DNA of 64,000 nucleotides from a bacterium UBP1_UBA4783 (GTDB lineage Bacteria > Krumholzibacteriota > Krumholzibacteriia > Krumholzibacteriales > Krumholzibacteriaceae), in assembly GCA_002403075.1 (NCBI GenBank), contig DHHB01000035.1, positions 22,886-86,885 on the forward strand, read 5' to 3'. Each line of letters starts with the position of its first letter. Positions within the stretch are counted from its first letter, which is position 1. The notes beneath the pieces were generated by a model. It saw only the letters and a list, made by a program, of their open reading frames with translations. It was not told where the DNA came from and did not search any database. A program made the position numbers and the translations under genes. Positions 8,422 to 17,986 of the stretch are shown here, in pieces.

Positions 8422-11094
8422 ATGAACGGTCTGCGTTGTTCGATGCGTACCCGCGCCTGCTCCCGCGCGCGCCGCGCCATCGCCGCGGCGCTTCTTCGGG
8501 CAGCGCTCGCGGGCGCCGTTCTCTGCCTGCTCGGGGCGGGGGTTCCGTTTGCCGCGCCGCGGGCGTCCGCGTCGCCGCGGGCGGGCGGCCCCGAGATCAT
8601 ATTTGCCGGCGGCGGGAGCGCGGACGTCGTCTGCGTCGCGGTCGCCGTTCCGGCCGGCTCGGCGGCGGAGCCCCCGGGGATGCGCGGCGCGTGTCACTTC
8701 ATCGAGCACCTCGCGTTCGACGGCTCCGCGCGGTTCACGCGCGAGGAGATGAGCCGGTGGGTCGACGACAACGGGGTCTTTCTCAACGCCTTCACCCGCA
8801 CGGAGACGACGGTCTATTTTCTCGTGGCGCCGTCCCGGCTCTTCGAGGAGGGGATAGAGCTTCTCGCCGAGATGCTTCTCCGTTCGGTCTTTTCGCCGGC
8901 GGAGATCGAGAAGGAGCGGAAGGTGATCCTCGAGGAGCTCCGCCGCGAGGCGGACGATCCCCGCTCTCGCCGGGAGAGGACGGTCGAGCGCGTCCTCTAC
9001 CGGGGTTCGCCTCTCGCCGAGCCGATCGCGGGATATCCTGCGACAATCGAGGCGATGAACGGGGACGACCTCAGGACCTTCTATCGACGCCGCTACGATC
9101 CGGCGCGGATGCGGGTCATCCTCATGGGAGGAGTCGATCAGGAGCGGGCGGCGGCGGTCGTGGAGGACGCCTTCGGCGCGCCGGCGCGCCGTCCGTCCCC
9201 GCGGGCCGCGGCCGCGTCCGGGCGCGCGACGCGGGCCGCGTCCGGATACGGCGCGTATCATGTCCCTCTCTGGAGGAACGAGATCGTTTCGAGGCCGCTC
9301 GCGGACGGGTCTCCCGAATTCGACATGCTCGTCAGGCTTCCCGCCGTCCCCGAGCGCGATTTTCCGGCGGCGCTCGTCGCGTCGCGGCTCGTCGCCGGCG
9401 AGGATTCGCCGTTCTCCCGCGCGCTCGCGGAGCGGTCGCTGCGCGCCCCCGAGACGAGCCTCGAGACGGCGGGCGGTTTCTCGGCGCTCCGCATTCGCGT
9501 CGCGTGCCCGGAAAGCCTCCTCTCGGCCTGCGGCGAAATACCGGCGCTCGTCCGTGCCCTCGCGGATTGGAAGCCGTCGCCCGAAGCGGTCGAACAGGCG
9601 AAAGCGGCCTTCCTCGCCTCGGAAGCGCTCGACCGGGAGATGTACCATTTCTATATCATGTCGCACGGCGAGGCGATCGCTCTCCACGGAGAGCGCTACC
9701 TCGAGCACATATCCGAAGGCGTCCGGCGGGTCGGCGCGAGGGAATGCGCCCGCGCGCTCGAGCGGTATTTCCGCGAGCCGCAGTGGAACGCCTGCATCAC
9801 GGGCGGGAAGACGGCCGAGGCAGCCTCGCCCGGCGCGCCCCCCTCGGCGGACGCCGCGTACGAGCCGCTTCCCGGCGGCGGCGTCGCCGGCGCCGCGAGG
9901 CGCCCGGGCTCCGCGGCCGCCGCGATCCATCTTCTGCTCCGCGGGCGCTCGTGCGCCGGTGAAGGCGTGGAACCGGGGCTCGTCGAGCTCCTCATGACGG
10001 TTCTCGAGGTTTCGCCGGGCGGCGCATCGCTCGCGAGCGGGCTCGAGGCGCTCGGCGCCCGCGTCTCCTTCGGAGACAATCCGTACGTTCCGCAGGACGA
10101 TTATCTTCTGAGCCCCGCGTTCGCCTTCGTGAGGCTCGAAGGGCCGGCCGAGCGGATCGAGGAAGCGGCCGGCCTCCTCGGGGAGTTCCTCTCGAGCGGC
10201 GCGATCACGGAAGACGCCCTCGTCGAGGCCCGCGCGGCGCTCTCGGCGGAGACCGGCATGCGGAGCGGCTCGCCGTACTACGCGCTGCGCGTTTCGATGA
10301 TGCAGGCGCTTTTCGGAGATCATCCGTACGCCGCGCCGCTCTTCCCGTCCCGGCCCGCGCTCGCGAGGGCGACCGCGGACGATCTTCGAGCTCTCCGCGC
10401 GGCGATCTTCGCGCGCGGCAACGTCGTGGCGACGATGGTGTCCCCGCTCGAGCGCGCCGGAGCCCTGGCTGTTCTCGCCGGTCTCGTGGATCGCCTGCCG
10501 CCGGGCCCCGCCGTCGCGTGCCCCCCGTTTCCTGATCCGGCCGCGCCGGGGCCCGTGGAGAGGCCCGTCCGCGCCGAGGGTGCCTACCTCGCCGCGGGCT
10601 GGCTCGTGCCGTCGGCGTCCGCGCTCGAGACGGCCGCCGCGTCGGTCGCCGCGGAGATCCTCGCGCGCAGAATGCAGCTCGAGCTGCGCGAGAAACGGGG
10701 GCTCGCGTACTCGATCGACTGCAGCGCGTCGCCGCTGCCGGGAGGGGCCGCGGTTACCGCCTACCTCGGCACGGGGGCCGCGCGGCTCGAGGAGGCGAGG
10801 GCCGCGCTCGAAGCGGAGATCCGCGGGCTGCGCGAGCGCCCGCCGGACGACGACGAGATCGCGACGGCGAAGAGCCGGCTCCTGGGGAAGCGATCGCGGA
10901 GCGAGCTTTCGAGCGTCAACGGCGCCTATGCGCTCGGACTCGGCGTGCTGCTCGGCGGCGACGGTGCTCCGCTCCCCCTCGGATCGGCCGTCGCGTCGGC
11001 GCGCGATGCGGACGTCCGCTCGGTCGTCGAGCGGGCGCTCGTCTGGGAGCGCGCGGTGGAGCTCCGGCTCGTGCCGGAAAAACGGTCGCCGTAA
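8422..11094 (+). CDS. M16 (pitrilysin/insulinase) family zinc peptidase, secreted
   Basis: Signal peptide, inverted zinc motif HFIEH (HxxEH), and a length (890 aa) consistent with duplicated M16 active plus inactive halves. Confidence 0.85.
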   Translation: MNGLRCSMRTRACSRARRAIAAALLRAALAGAVLCLLGAGVPFAAPRASASPRAGGPEIIFAGGGSADVVCVAVAVPAGSAAEPPGMRGACHFIEHLAFDGSARFTREEMSRWVDDNGVFLNAFTRTETTVYFLVAPSRLFEEGIELLAEMLLRSVFSPAEIEKERKVILEELRREADDPRSRRERTVERVLYRGSPLAEPIAGYPATIEAMNGDDLRTFYRRRYDPARMRVILMGGVDQERAAAVVEDAFGAPARRPSPRAAAASGRATRAASGYGAYHVPLWRNEIVSRPLADGSPEFDMLVRLPAVPERDFPAALVASRLVAGEDSPFSRALAERSLRAPETSLETAGGFSALRIRVACPESLLSACGEIPALVRALADWKPSPEAVEQAKAAFLASEALDREMYHFYIMSHGEAIALHGERYLEHISEGVRRVGARECARALERYFREPQWNACITGGKTAEAASPGAPPSADAAYEPLPGGGVAGAARRPGSAAAAIHLLLRGRSCAGEGVEPGLVELLMTVLEVSPGGASLASGLEALGARVSFGDNPYVPQDDYLLSPAFAFVRLEGPAERIEEAAGLLGEFLSSGAITEDALVEARAALSAETGMRSGSPYYALRVSMMQALFGDHPYAAPLFPSRPALARATADDLRALRAAIFARGNVVATMVSPLERAGALAVLAGLVDRLPPGPAVACPPFPDPAAPGPVERPVRAEGAYLAAGWLVPSASALETAAASVAAEILARRMQLELREKRGLAYSIDCSASPLPGGAAVTAYLGTGAARLEEARAALEAEIRGLRERPPDDDEIATAKSRLLGKRSRSELSSVNGAYALGLGVLLGGDGAPLPLGSAVASARDADVRSVVERALVWERAVELRLVPEKRSP

Positions 11095-11218
11095 CGCCCG
11101 TTCGTCCCGCGCGGACGGTCTCCCGCGCGCGATCGCGGAACCTCGATTCATGTTGACGGGCGACCGCGGGGCGGCATATGAATTCCGATATTCGAATCCG
11201 TAGCCTTCGGAGGGGATC

Positions 11219-11392
11219 ATGGCATACGAGATAACGACCGACTGCATATCGTGCGGAGCATGCCAGCCGGAATGCCCCGTCGAGGTGATCACGCAGACGG
11301 CCGATCTGTACGTGATAGACGCGCTCCTGTGCACCGACTGCGGCGCCTGCGAGGCGGTGTGCCCGGTGGGCGCCATACGCAAGGTCCGTTAG
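11219..11392 (+). CDS. 2x[4Fe-4S] ferredoxin (57 aa)
   Basis: Not in the ORF track. ATG 11219 follows GGAGGGG. Two CxxCxxCxxxCP motifs (CISCGACQPECP, CTDCGACEAVCP). TAG stop at 11390-11392. Confidence 0.8.
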   Translation: MAYEITTDCISCGACQPECPVEVITQTADLYVIDALLCTDCGACEAVCPVGAIRKVR

Positions 11393-11434
11393 CGGTCCGC
11401 CGCGCCGGCGGCGGCCGGGAAAGGCGAGCGCTCC

Positions 11435-12487
11435 GTGGGAGAGAAGATCCGTCTCACGGCCATGGCGTCCTGCGCGGGTTGAGCGGCGAAGCTCAGCCCA
11501 ATGGAGTTGTGGCCGGTTCTCGAGCGATTGCCCCCGCAGCATCATCCCGCCGTCATCGTGGGAGCGAATCAGGCGGATGACAGCGCCGTGGTGCGCGTCA
11601 CGGACGACATCGCGCTCGTCCTCACGGTCGATTTCTTTCCGGCGATCGTGGACGACCCGTACGTCTTCGGGCAGATCGCCGCGGCGAACGCCCTGAGCGA
11701 CGTCTACGCGATGGGCGGCAAACCGATCACGGCGCTCAACATCGTCGGATTCCCCGAGGGAAAGCTGCCCCTCGAGGTGCTCGGGGAGATGCTCCGCGGC
11801 GGCGCCGACAAGGTGAACGAGGCGGGAGCGGTCGTCGTCGGCGGGCATACGATCAAGGACAACGAGGTCAAGTACGGCCTTTCGGTCGTCGGTCTCGTCC
11901 ATCCGGACCGCGTTCTGCGAAAGGAGGGAGCGGAGAACGGCGATCTCCTCGTTCTCACGAAGCCCCTCGGAACCGGCATCTACTCGACCGCGCTCAAGAA
12001 CGGCGCTCTCGGGGGCGCGCGGGAGAAGCTTTTCTACGCGTCGATGTCGGAGCTCAACCGCGCCGCCGCCGAGGGTCTCTACGATTTCGGCGCGCACGCG
12101 TGCACCGACATCACGGGATTCGGTCTCCTCGGCCACGCTCTCGAGATGGCCCGCGCTTCGAACGCGAGCCTCCGCATCGACGTCCGGGCCCTGCCGTTCC
12201 TGCCGGACGCGGCGGAGCTCGCGGGGCGCGGCTTCCTCACCGGGGGCGGCATGTCGAACCGGGAATACGTGAAGGAGGATCTCGCGATCGAGGGGAAGCT
12301 TCCGGGGGCCCTCGAGATGATACTCGTCGATCCGCAGACGTCGGGCGGGCTGCTCGTCGCGCTGCCCCCCGTCGCGGCGCGCCGCTACATGGAGGCTCTC
12401 GCGAAACGGGGCGTGCGCGGCGCCGCGATCATCGGCGAGGTGACGGCTCCCGGAGACGCGCGCCTCGTCGTCGAGGCCGGAGGCTGA
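11435..12487 (+). CDS. selD: selenide, water dikinase SelD, selenocysteine-containing (in-frame UGA at 11480-11482)
   Basis: The track ORF starts at 11501. The same frame from GTG 11435 reads VGEKIRLTAMASCAG-TGA-AAKLSPMELW, matching the E. coli SelD N-terminus [21 protein letters not shown]. The TGA falls at the catalytic Cys17 position, with Lys three residues later. The rest of the protein (DFFPAIVDDPY, GGHT) is canonical SelD. Total is 350 codons. Confidence 0.85.
11485..11514 (+). other. candidate bacterial SECIS hairpin 3 nt downstream of the selD UGA
   Basis: GGCGAAGCUC (11485-11494) can pair with GAGUUGUGGCC (11504-11514). That gives a 5-bp apical stem, a mismatch/bulge and a 3-bp basal stem around the 9-nt loop AGCCCAAUG. 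Folded by eye only. Confidence 0.35.
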
Positions 12488-12496
12488 CCGGCGCGC

Positions 12497-13069
12497 TCAT
12501 CCGCCGCGCTCCTCCCTGCGGCGGCGGGCCTCCTCGAGACTCATCAGACAGCCGCAGTAATCCTGCCGCGTGAGGCCGTGCTCGCGCGCGTACTCGACGC
12601 TCTTTTTGAATCCGTCCCGCTTCTTGAAATCCTCGGCGAGGAACGCGACGCCGTAGGAGGCGCCCGCTTCGGCGCCGATCTCGGCGATCCGCTCGAAGAC
12701 CTTGTGCGGGCTCACCGACAGCGTGCTCGTGAAGACGGGGATTTCGAGCTCCGCCGCCTTCCGGGCGGCCACCTCGAACCGGTGCCGGTAGCAGGCGAAG
12801 CACCGCTCGCTGCGCTCGGGCAGATCCCGGTAGATCCAGATCTCTTTCCACCAGCGCAGGGTCCGGTAGTCCCCCTCGATCAGCCGGACGCCGATCCTCC
12901 CCGCGACGCGGCGCATCTCGTCGAGCCGCAGGCGATACTCGCGCTCGGGCTGGATGTTCGGATTGTAGAAGTAGGCGGTGACGTCGTACGTCCCGGCGAG
13001 GTGCGTGAGAACGTGGCTCGCGCACGAGGCGCAGCACGCATGAACGAGGATCGATTGAGCGCCGATCAT
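12497..13069 (-). CDS. queH: epoxyqueuosine reductase QueH
   Basis: 190 aa. Shows LVHACCASC, FYNPNIQP, RCFACY and the C-terminal QDYCGC, as in DUF208/QueH. Confidence 0.85.
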   Translation of the reverse strand: MIGAQSILVHACCASCASHVLTHLAGTYDVTAYFYNPNIQPEREYRLRLDEMRRVAGRIGVRLIEGDYRTLRWWKEIWIYRDLPERSERCFACYRHRFEVAARKAAELEIPVFTSTLSVSPHKVFERIAEIGAEAGASYGVAFLAEDFKKRDGFKKSVEYAREHGLTRQDYCGCLMSLEEARRRREERGG

Positions 13070-13072
13070 GGC

Positions 13073-14404
13073 TCAGCGGGAGGCGCCCCGCGCGGCGCCG
13101 TCCGTCCGCGGATCGCCCGGCCCGCCGTCCGAGGACCCGCCCGCGGCGAGCGCGGTTCCGTCCCCGCCCCGCGCGATGCTCGAGAGGCGCGAGAGATGGC
13201 GGTCGCGCAGGTCGATGAAGGAGGCCATGTTCGTCCGGGAGACGGGATCGGCAGGCGGCAGGGATATCGTGCGGGGGTTCACGAATCTGCCGTTCTTCTG
13301 AACGCGATAATCGAGATGCGGCCCCGTCGCGTATCCCGTCGAGCCCACGTAGCCGATGATCTGACCCTGATTGACGTGGGCGCCGGCGCGGATCCCCTTC
13401 CCGTACCGTGAAAGATGCAGGTAGTAGGTGACGTATCCGTTGGGGTGCTTGATCTTGACGTATTTTCCGTTCCCGCCCTTGTGCTCCGCCGCGACGACGG
13501 TGCCGTTGCCGGTCGACATGATCGGCGTGCCGGTCGGCGCCGCGTAGTCGACGCCGTAGTGCGGCGCGTAGTGATGGAGAACGGGATGGAAGCGGCGGTG
13601 GCTGAAGCTCGAGCTTATGCGCGTGAAGGACAGGGGCGCGCGCAGGAGCTGCTTGCGAAGCGCCTTGCCGTTTTCGTCGAAGTAGTCGGCGCCGCCGGCG
13701 CCGTTGTCGAACATGAACGCGTAGTGGCTCTTGCCCCGCGCGTAGAACTCCGCCGCGACGATGCGGCCGAGCTTTTTCGCGCCGTCGCCGCGGCGCGTCT
13801 TCTCCTCGTAGATCATCCGGAAGTAGTCGCCGCGGCGCATGTCGTTGTGGAAATCGATGTCCCACGCGAAAAGGTCCGCGAGCTTGTGTCCCAGCTCCTG
13901 CGGAATGCCGGCCGCGTCGAGGGTGGCGAAGAGGTTCGTCGCGATCGTTCCGCCCGCCGGGCAGAGGCGCAGGTCGTACTCGTATTCCTTCTTCTCGGCC
14001 GATACGGCGCCGTCCTTGAAGTTGATATCGATGTACGCCTCGTCCCCCCGCTCGGTGAAGCGCATGCTCTCGACGCTGCCGTCCTCGGCGGCGAACACCT
14101 CGTAGCGCTGCCCGGGATAGATCTTGCGGAAATCGTAGACGTTGCGGACGGCCTTCTCGATGAGCCCGATCGACGGGGCGTCGAAGCCGAACTCGATCAT
14201 GAGATCGTAGAAGGACATGTTCGCCGCGACGACCCCCGCGTGGGCCGGCGACGGGCCGCCCTCGGCCGCCTCGGCGCTTTCGCCCGACGGATCCTGCCCG
14301 CCGGGGAGGGTCGGACGCAGAAAATCGGGCTTCGCCGCGACGAGAAAGAGCAGGAAGAGGGATCCCACGAGAAGCACGATCGATTTTAATGTATCATGTT
14401 GCAT
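13073..14404 (-). CDS. M23 family peptidoglycan metalloendopeptidase
   Basis: Start taken at ATG 14404 (MQHDTLK, then a TM helix). M23 motifs HYGVDYAAPTGTPI and GSTGYATGPHLDYRV. Confidence 0.88.
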   Translation of the reverse strand: MQHDTLKSIVLLVGSLFLLFLVAAKPDFLRPTLPGGQDPSGESAEAAEGGPSPAHAGVVAANMSFYDLMIEFGFDAPSIGLIEKAVRNVYDFRKIYPGQRYEVFAAEDGSVESMRFTERGDEAYIDINFKDGAVSAEKKEYEYDLRLCPAGGTIATNLFATLDAAGIPQELGHKLADLFAWDIDFHNDMRRGDYFRMIYEEKTRRGDGAKKLGRIVAAEFYARGKSHYAFMFDNGAGGADYFDENGKALRKQLLRAPLSFTRISSSFSHRRFHPVLHHYAPHYGVDYAAPTGTPIMSTGNGTVVAAEHKGGNGKYVKIKHPNGYVTYYLHLSRYGKGIRAGAHVNQGQIIGYVGSTGYATGPHLDYRVQKNGRFVNPRTISLPPADPVSRTNMASFIDLRDRHLSRLSSIARGGDGTALAAGGSSDGGPGDPRTDGAARGASR

Positions 14405-14633
14405 GGTCTTACCCGAATTTGCCGTAAAATACCCGATGACGGGGGCGAGCGTCAAGCGAAACCATCCCCCCTCCTCGACTATTTTGCAAGAAACGGGCCG
14501 CGTTTCGCCCGCAGGCGTCCGCGAGCGGCGGATTCTCTTTTTCCCGCGTTCGTGCTATCCTCGCCGCCGGAGCGCGCGCGGAGCGCCGGACAGCGGCGTC
14601 GGGCGGCGGCCCCGCCCCGGAGGATGCGATCTC

Positions 14634-15470
14634 GTGTCGAAAGGCCATGGCGATCTCAAACGGGAGCTCGAGGAGCTCCGGAAACGGGCCGAAGGCGCGT
14701 TCGCGGCGGGGAGGATCGCCGCGAAGGCCCGCCCGCCTCAGGCTCTCCGGCTCGCCGACGCCGCGGCGGGGGAGGAGACCCGGGCGGGACGGGGCGTCTT
14801 CTACCGGATCGCCGCGGACGCCGCCTCCGTGTGGCCGGACGCGGACGCGTTCCACGAGGAGTATCTCGAATGCCTCGCCGCGGCCCTCGTCCCGGCCGCC
14901 GGGCCGCTCGCGCCGCTTCGCGCGATCGCGAGCGCTCCGCGGGACCGCGTTCTCTATCTCGACATCGAGACGACGGGCCTCGGCGGCGCGGCGCCGCTGT
15001 TTCTCGTCGGGCTCATGTACGCCGCCTCCGGGCGGCTCGTCGTCGATCAGCTCTTCGCGCGCGATTATTCCGAGGAGGCCGCGGTCCTCGCCTATCTCGA
15101 CGGTCTCGCGCGCCGGTTCGACGCGCTCGTGACGTTCAATGGGATATCATTCGACGTGCCGTACATACGGGACCGGGCGACCGTGCACCGGCTCGCGTTC
15201 GCTCCGCCCCCCGCGCACGTCGATCTTCTCCTCGTCGCGCGGGGCGTCGTCGGGAGCCGCACGCCGAACCACCGGCTCCAGACGCTCGAGCTGCACCTGT
15301 GCAAACGAAAGCGCGTCGGGGACATCCCCGGCGCCGAGATCCCCGGCGCCTACCACGAGTTCGTGCGAACGGGGAACGCGAAGGACGTCGCGAGCATCCT
15401 GCATCACAACAGGCTCGATCTCGTGACGATGCTCCAGCTCATCACGATCTTCCTGTCGAGCGGATCCTGA
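14634..15470 (+). CDS. RNase H-like (YprB/MrfB-type) DEDDh exonuclease
   Basis: GTG 14634 lies 10 nt after GGAGGA. Motifs LYLDIETTG, TFNGISFDVPY and HHNRLD fit the PF13482-type 3'-5' exonuclease fold. Lies 12 nt upstream of the helicase gene. Confidence 0.75.
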   Translation: MSKGHGDLKRELEELRKRAEGAFAAGRIAAKARPPQALRLADAAAGEETRAGRGVFYRIAADAASVWPDADAFHEEYLECLAAALVPAAGPLAPLRAIASAPRDRVLYLDIETTGLGGAAPLFLVGLMYAASGRLVVDQLFARDYSEEAAVLAYLDGLARRFDALVTFNGISFDVPYIRDRATVHRLAFAPPPAHVDLLLVARGVVGSRTPNHRLQTLELHLCKRKRVGDIPGAEIPGAYHEFVRTGNAKDVASILHHNRLDLVTMLQLITIFLSSGS

Positions 15471-15482
15471 AAGGACGGGGCG

Positions 15483-17927
15483 TTGGAAGTAACGAAGTTC
15501 CTGAAGCGCGTGCAGACGGAGGATTTCTACGCGGGTCAGATCGCGCACAAGCACACGATTCCGGCGCGGGGCGCGCGTTTCGCGGAGCTCTCGCCGCCGC
15601 TGCCCGCCGCGCTCGCGCGGCTCCTCAAGGACACCGGCGTCGAGAAGCTCTACGTCCATCAGGCCGAGGCGGTGAAGCTGCTCCGCGGCGGGGCGGACAC
15701 CGTCGTCGTCACCTCGACCGCGAGCGGCAAGACGCTCTGCTACAACATACCCGTCCTCTCGAGCCTTCTCGAGGACCCGGAGGCGCGCGCCCTCTATCTC
15801 TATCCGACGAAGGCGCTCGCGCAGGACCAGCTGCGCGTCCTGCAGCGGTACATGGGGCCGAAGGGGATCGCGTTCCGGGCGGGCACCTACGACGGCGACA
15901 CGCCGGCTTCCTCGAGGCGCAAGCTGCGCGACGAGGCGCGCGTGCTCCTCACGAACCCCGACATGCTCCACTCGGGGATCCTCCCGAACCACGCGAAATG
16001 GGCGAACTTCCTCTCGCGCCTGCGGTACGTCGTCGTCGACGAGATACACAGCTACCGCGGCGTCTTCGGATCGCACGTCGCGAACGTCATGCGGCGTCTC
16101 GACCGGATCGCGGCGCACTACGGCGCGCGTCCCGTCGTCGCCGCCTCGTCCGCAACGATCGCGAACCCCGGCGAGCACGCGGAGAAGCTTCTCGGCCGCG
16201 CCGTGCGGGTCGTCGCCGAGGACGGCTCGCCGCGCGGGCGCAAGCAATTCCTCTTCTGGAACCCGCCGACGATCGACGTCGGCGAAATGGAGCGGCGCAG
16301 CTCCAACGTCGAGGCGGCCGAGCTCGTGACGAGGCTCGTCCTCGACGACGTCCAGACGATCGCCTTCGTGCGGGCGCGGGTCGTGAGCGAAGTGATCACG
16401 CGCTACGCCCGCGAGATGCTCGGCAAACACCGCTCCTCGATGAAGGACTCGGTGCATCCCTACCGCGGCGGCTACCTCCCCGAGGAGCGCCGCGCGATCG
16501 AGAAGCGGCTCTTCGAGGGAGACCTGAAGGCCGTGATCAGCACGAACGCCCTCGAGCTCGGGATCGACGTCGGGGCGCTCCACGCCTCGATCATCGTCGG
16601 CTATCCGGGGAGCATCGCCTCGACCTGGCAGCAGGCCGGGCGCGCGGGGCGCGGAAAGGAAGAGGCGCTCACGATCTTTATTCCCTACAACACGCCCCTC
16701 GACCAGTACCTCGCGAGCCACCCCGAGTACTTTTTCGGGCGATCCCCCGAGAACGCCATCATCGATCCGGGGAACCCGCACATCCTCATGGCGCAGCTCC
16801 GCTCGGCCGCATTCGAGCTGCCCCTCGCGGTGGACGAGGTCGAGGCCGCGGGCGAGTACGCGCCCGCGATCCTCGAGCTCCTCGAGGACGAGCGCGAGAT
16901 CGGTTTCGTGAGGGGCAAGTACTACTGGACCGGCAAGGGGTACCCGAGCGCGGACGTGAACCTCCGGAACATCTCGCCCAACATCTACACGATCGTGAAC
17001 GAGAAGGCGGAAAACTCCGTCATCGGCACGATCGACGAGTCGAGCGCCTTCCAGCAGGTCCATCCGCAGGCGATCTATCTGCACGAGGCGGAGACGTATT
17101 TCGTGAACGCCCTCGACACGGAGAAGAAGATCGCCTTCGTCGAGCCCGCGAACGTCGATTACTACACCCAGTCGATCACCGAAACCCAGGTCAAGGTCGA
17201 CCGCGAGGAGAAGTCGCGGGAGTGGCGGATCGCGAAGGTCTCCTTCGGCGACGTTTCGGTGACCTCGCTCACCTTCATGTTCCGGAAGATCAAGTTCGGG
17301 AGCCGCGACTCGATCGGCTACGGGAAATGCGATCTTCCGCCGCAGGTGCTCGAGACCGCCGGGCTCTGGATCGTGCCGCCTCCCGAGACCTTCGCGGAGG
17401 TGCGCCGGCACGGCCGCGCGCCCGGCGAGGGGCTCCTCGGCGTCTCGAACGTGCTGCGCGAGGTGCTGCCGCTCTTCGTCATGTGCGATCCGCTCGACAT
17501 CGGGACGACGGTGAACTCGCGCTCGACCGACAGCCCGGCCGTCTACGTCTACGACAAGTATCCCGGAGGCCTCGGCTTCTCGCTCAAGGCGTACGACCTC
17601 GTCGAGGAGATCATGAAGGCGGCGCTCGATCTCATCTCGTCGTGCACCTGCACGCGCGGCTGCCCCTCCTGCGTCGGCTCGCCGATACCCCCCTTCTCGC
17701 AGCTCGATCCCGAGACGGGAGGGAAGGGGATGATACCCGACAAGGAGGCCTCACTCGTCATCCTCCATCATCTTCTCGAGATCGGGCCCTACACGCCGCG
17801 CGCGCTCGAGCGCGCGCCCGGCGAGGGGCCGCCTCCCGAGCGCCCGCGCGGCAAGCCGCTTCCGCTTGAGCTGCAGGGGAAGCTCCGGGCGGAGCTCGCG
17901 AAGAAGCGGGGAACGGGCCGGCGATAA
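15483..17927 (+). CDS. DEAD/DEAH-box helicase with C-terminal DUF1998/MZB four-Cys domain (YprA/MrfA-like)
   Basis: Walker A TSTASGKT, DEIH box (VVVDEIH), helicase C motifs (QQAGRAGR), and a C-terminal CTCTRGCPSCV zinc cluster. 814 aa. Confidence 0.85.
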   Translation: MEVTKFLKRVQTEDFYAGQIAHKHTIPARGARFAELSPPLPAALARLLKDTGVEKLYVHQAEAVKLLRGGADTVVVTSTASGKTLCYNIPVLSSLLEDPEARALYLYPTKALAQDQLRVLQRYMGPKGIAFRAGTYDGDTPASSRRKLRDEARVLLTNPDMLHSGILPNHAKWANFLSRLRYVVVDEIHSYRGVFGSHVANVMRRLDRIAAHYGARPVVAASSATIANPGEHAEKLLGRAVRVVAEDGSPRGRKQFLFWNPPTIDVGEMERRSSNVEAAELVTRLVLDDVQTIAFVRARVVSEVITRYAREMLGKHRSSMKDSVHPYRGGYLPEERRAIEKRLFEGDLKAVISTNALELGIDVGALHASIIVGYPGSIASTWQQAGRAGRGKEEALTIFIPYNTPLDQYLASHPEYFFGRSPENAIIDPGNPHILMAQLRSAAFELPLAVDEVEAAGEYAPAILELLEDEREIGFVRGKYYWTGKGYPSADVNLRNISPNIYTIVNEKAENSVIGTIDESSAFQQVHPQAIYLHEAETYFVNALDTEKKIAFVEPANVDYYTQSITETQVKVDREEKSREWRIAKVSFGDVSVTSLTFMFRKIKFGSRDSIGYGKCDLPPQVLETAGLWIVPPPETFAEVRRHGRAPGEGLLGVSNVLREVLPLFVMCDPLDIGTTVNSRSTDSPAVYVYDKYPGGLGFSLKAYDLVEEIMKAALDLISSCTCTRGCPSCVGSPIPPFSQLDPETGGKGMIPDKEASLVILHHLLEIGPYTPRALERAPGEGPPPERPRGKPLPLELQGKLRAELAKKRGTGRR

Positions 17928-17986
17928 GAGATATATGAGGGAGCGCTCGCTTCCCCCGGAGCCGCTGGTGCGCGGGATGGTGCGCG

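Noticed and set aside
11094-11218. Promoter TTGACG-N17-ATATGA upstream of the ferredoxin/selD pair
   Set aside because: The -10 candidate is poor (no terminal T in any nearby register), so it is not listed as a feature.
8284-11382. 1032-aa minus-strand ORF
   Set aside because: It is an antisense shadow of the M16 peptidase gene. The translation is Arg/Gly/Pro/Asp-rich and low-complexity with no motif, while the plus strand carries HxxEH and a signal peptide. Very GC-rich DNA lacks stop codons in off-frames.
14634-17927. Possibility that the helicase+DUF1998 gene marks a DISARM-like defence island
   Set aside because: There is no adjacent methyltransferase, PLD nuclease or other defence gene. 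The partner is a DEDD exonuclease, as in MrfAB, and the flanks are housekeeping genes (M23 peptidase, sdh operon). I treat it as a repair pair.
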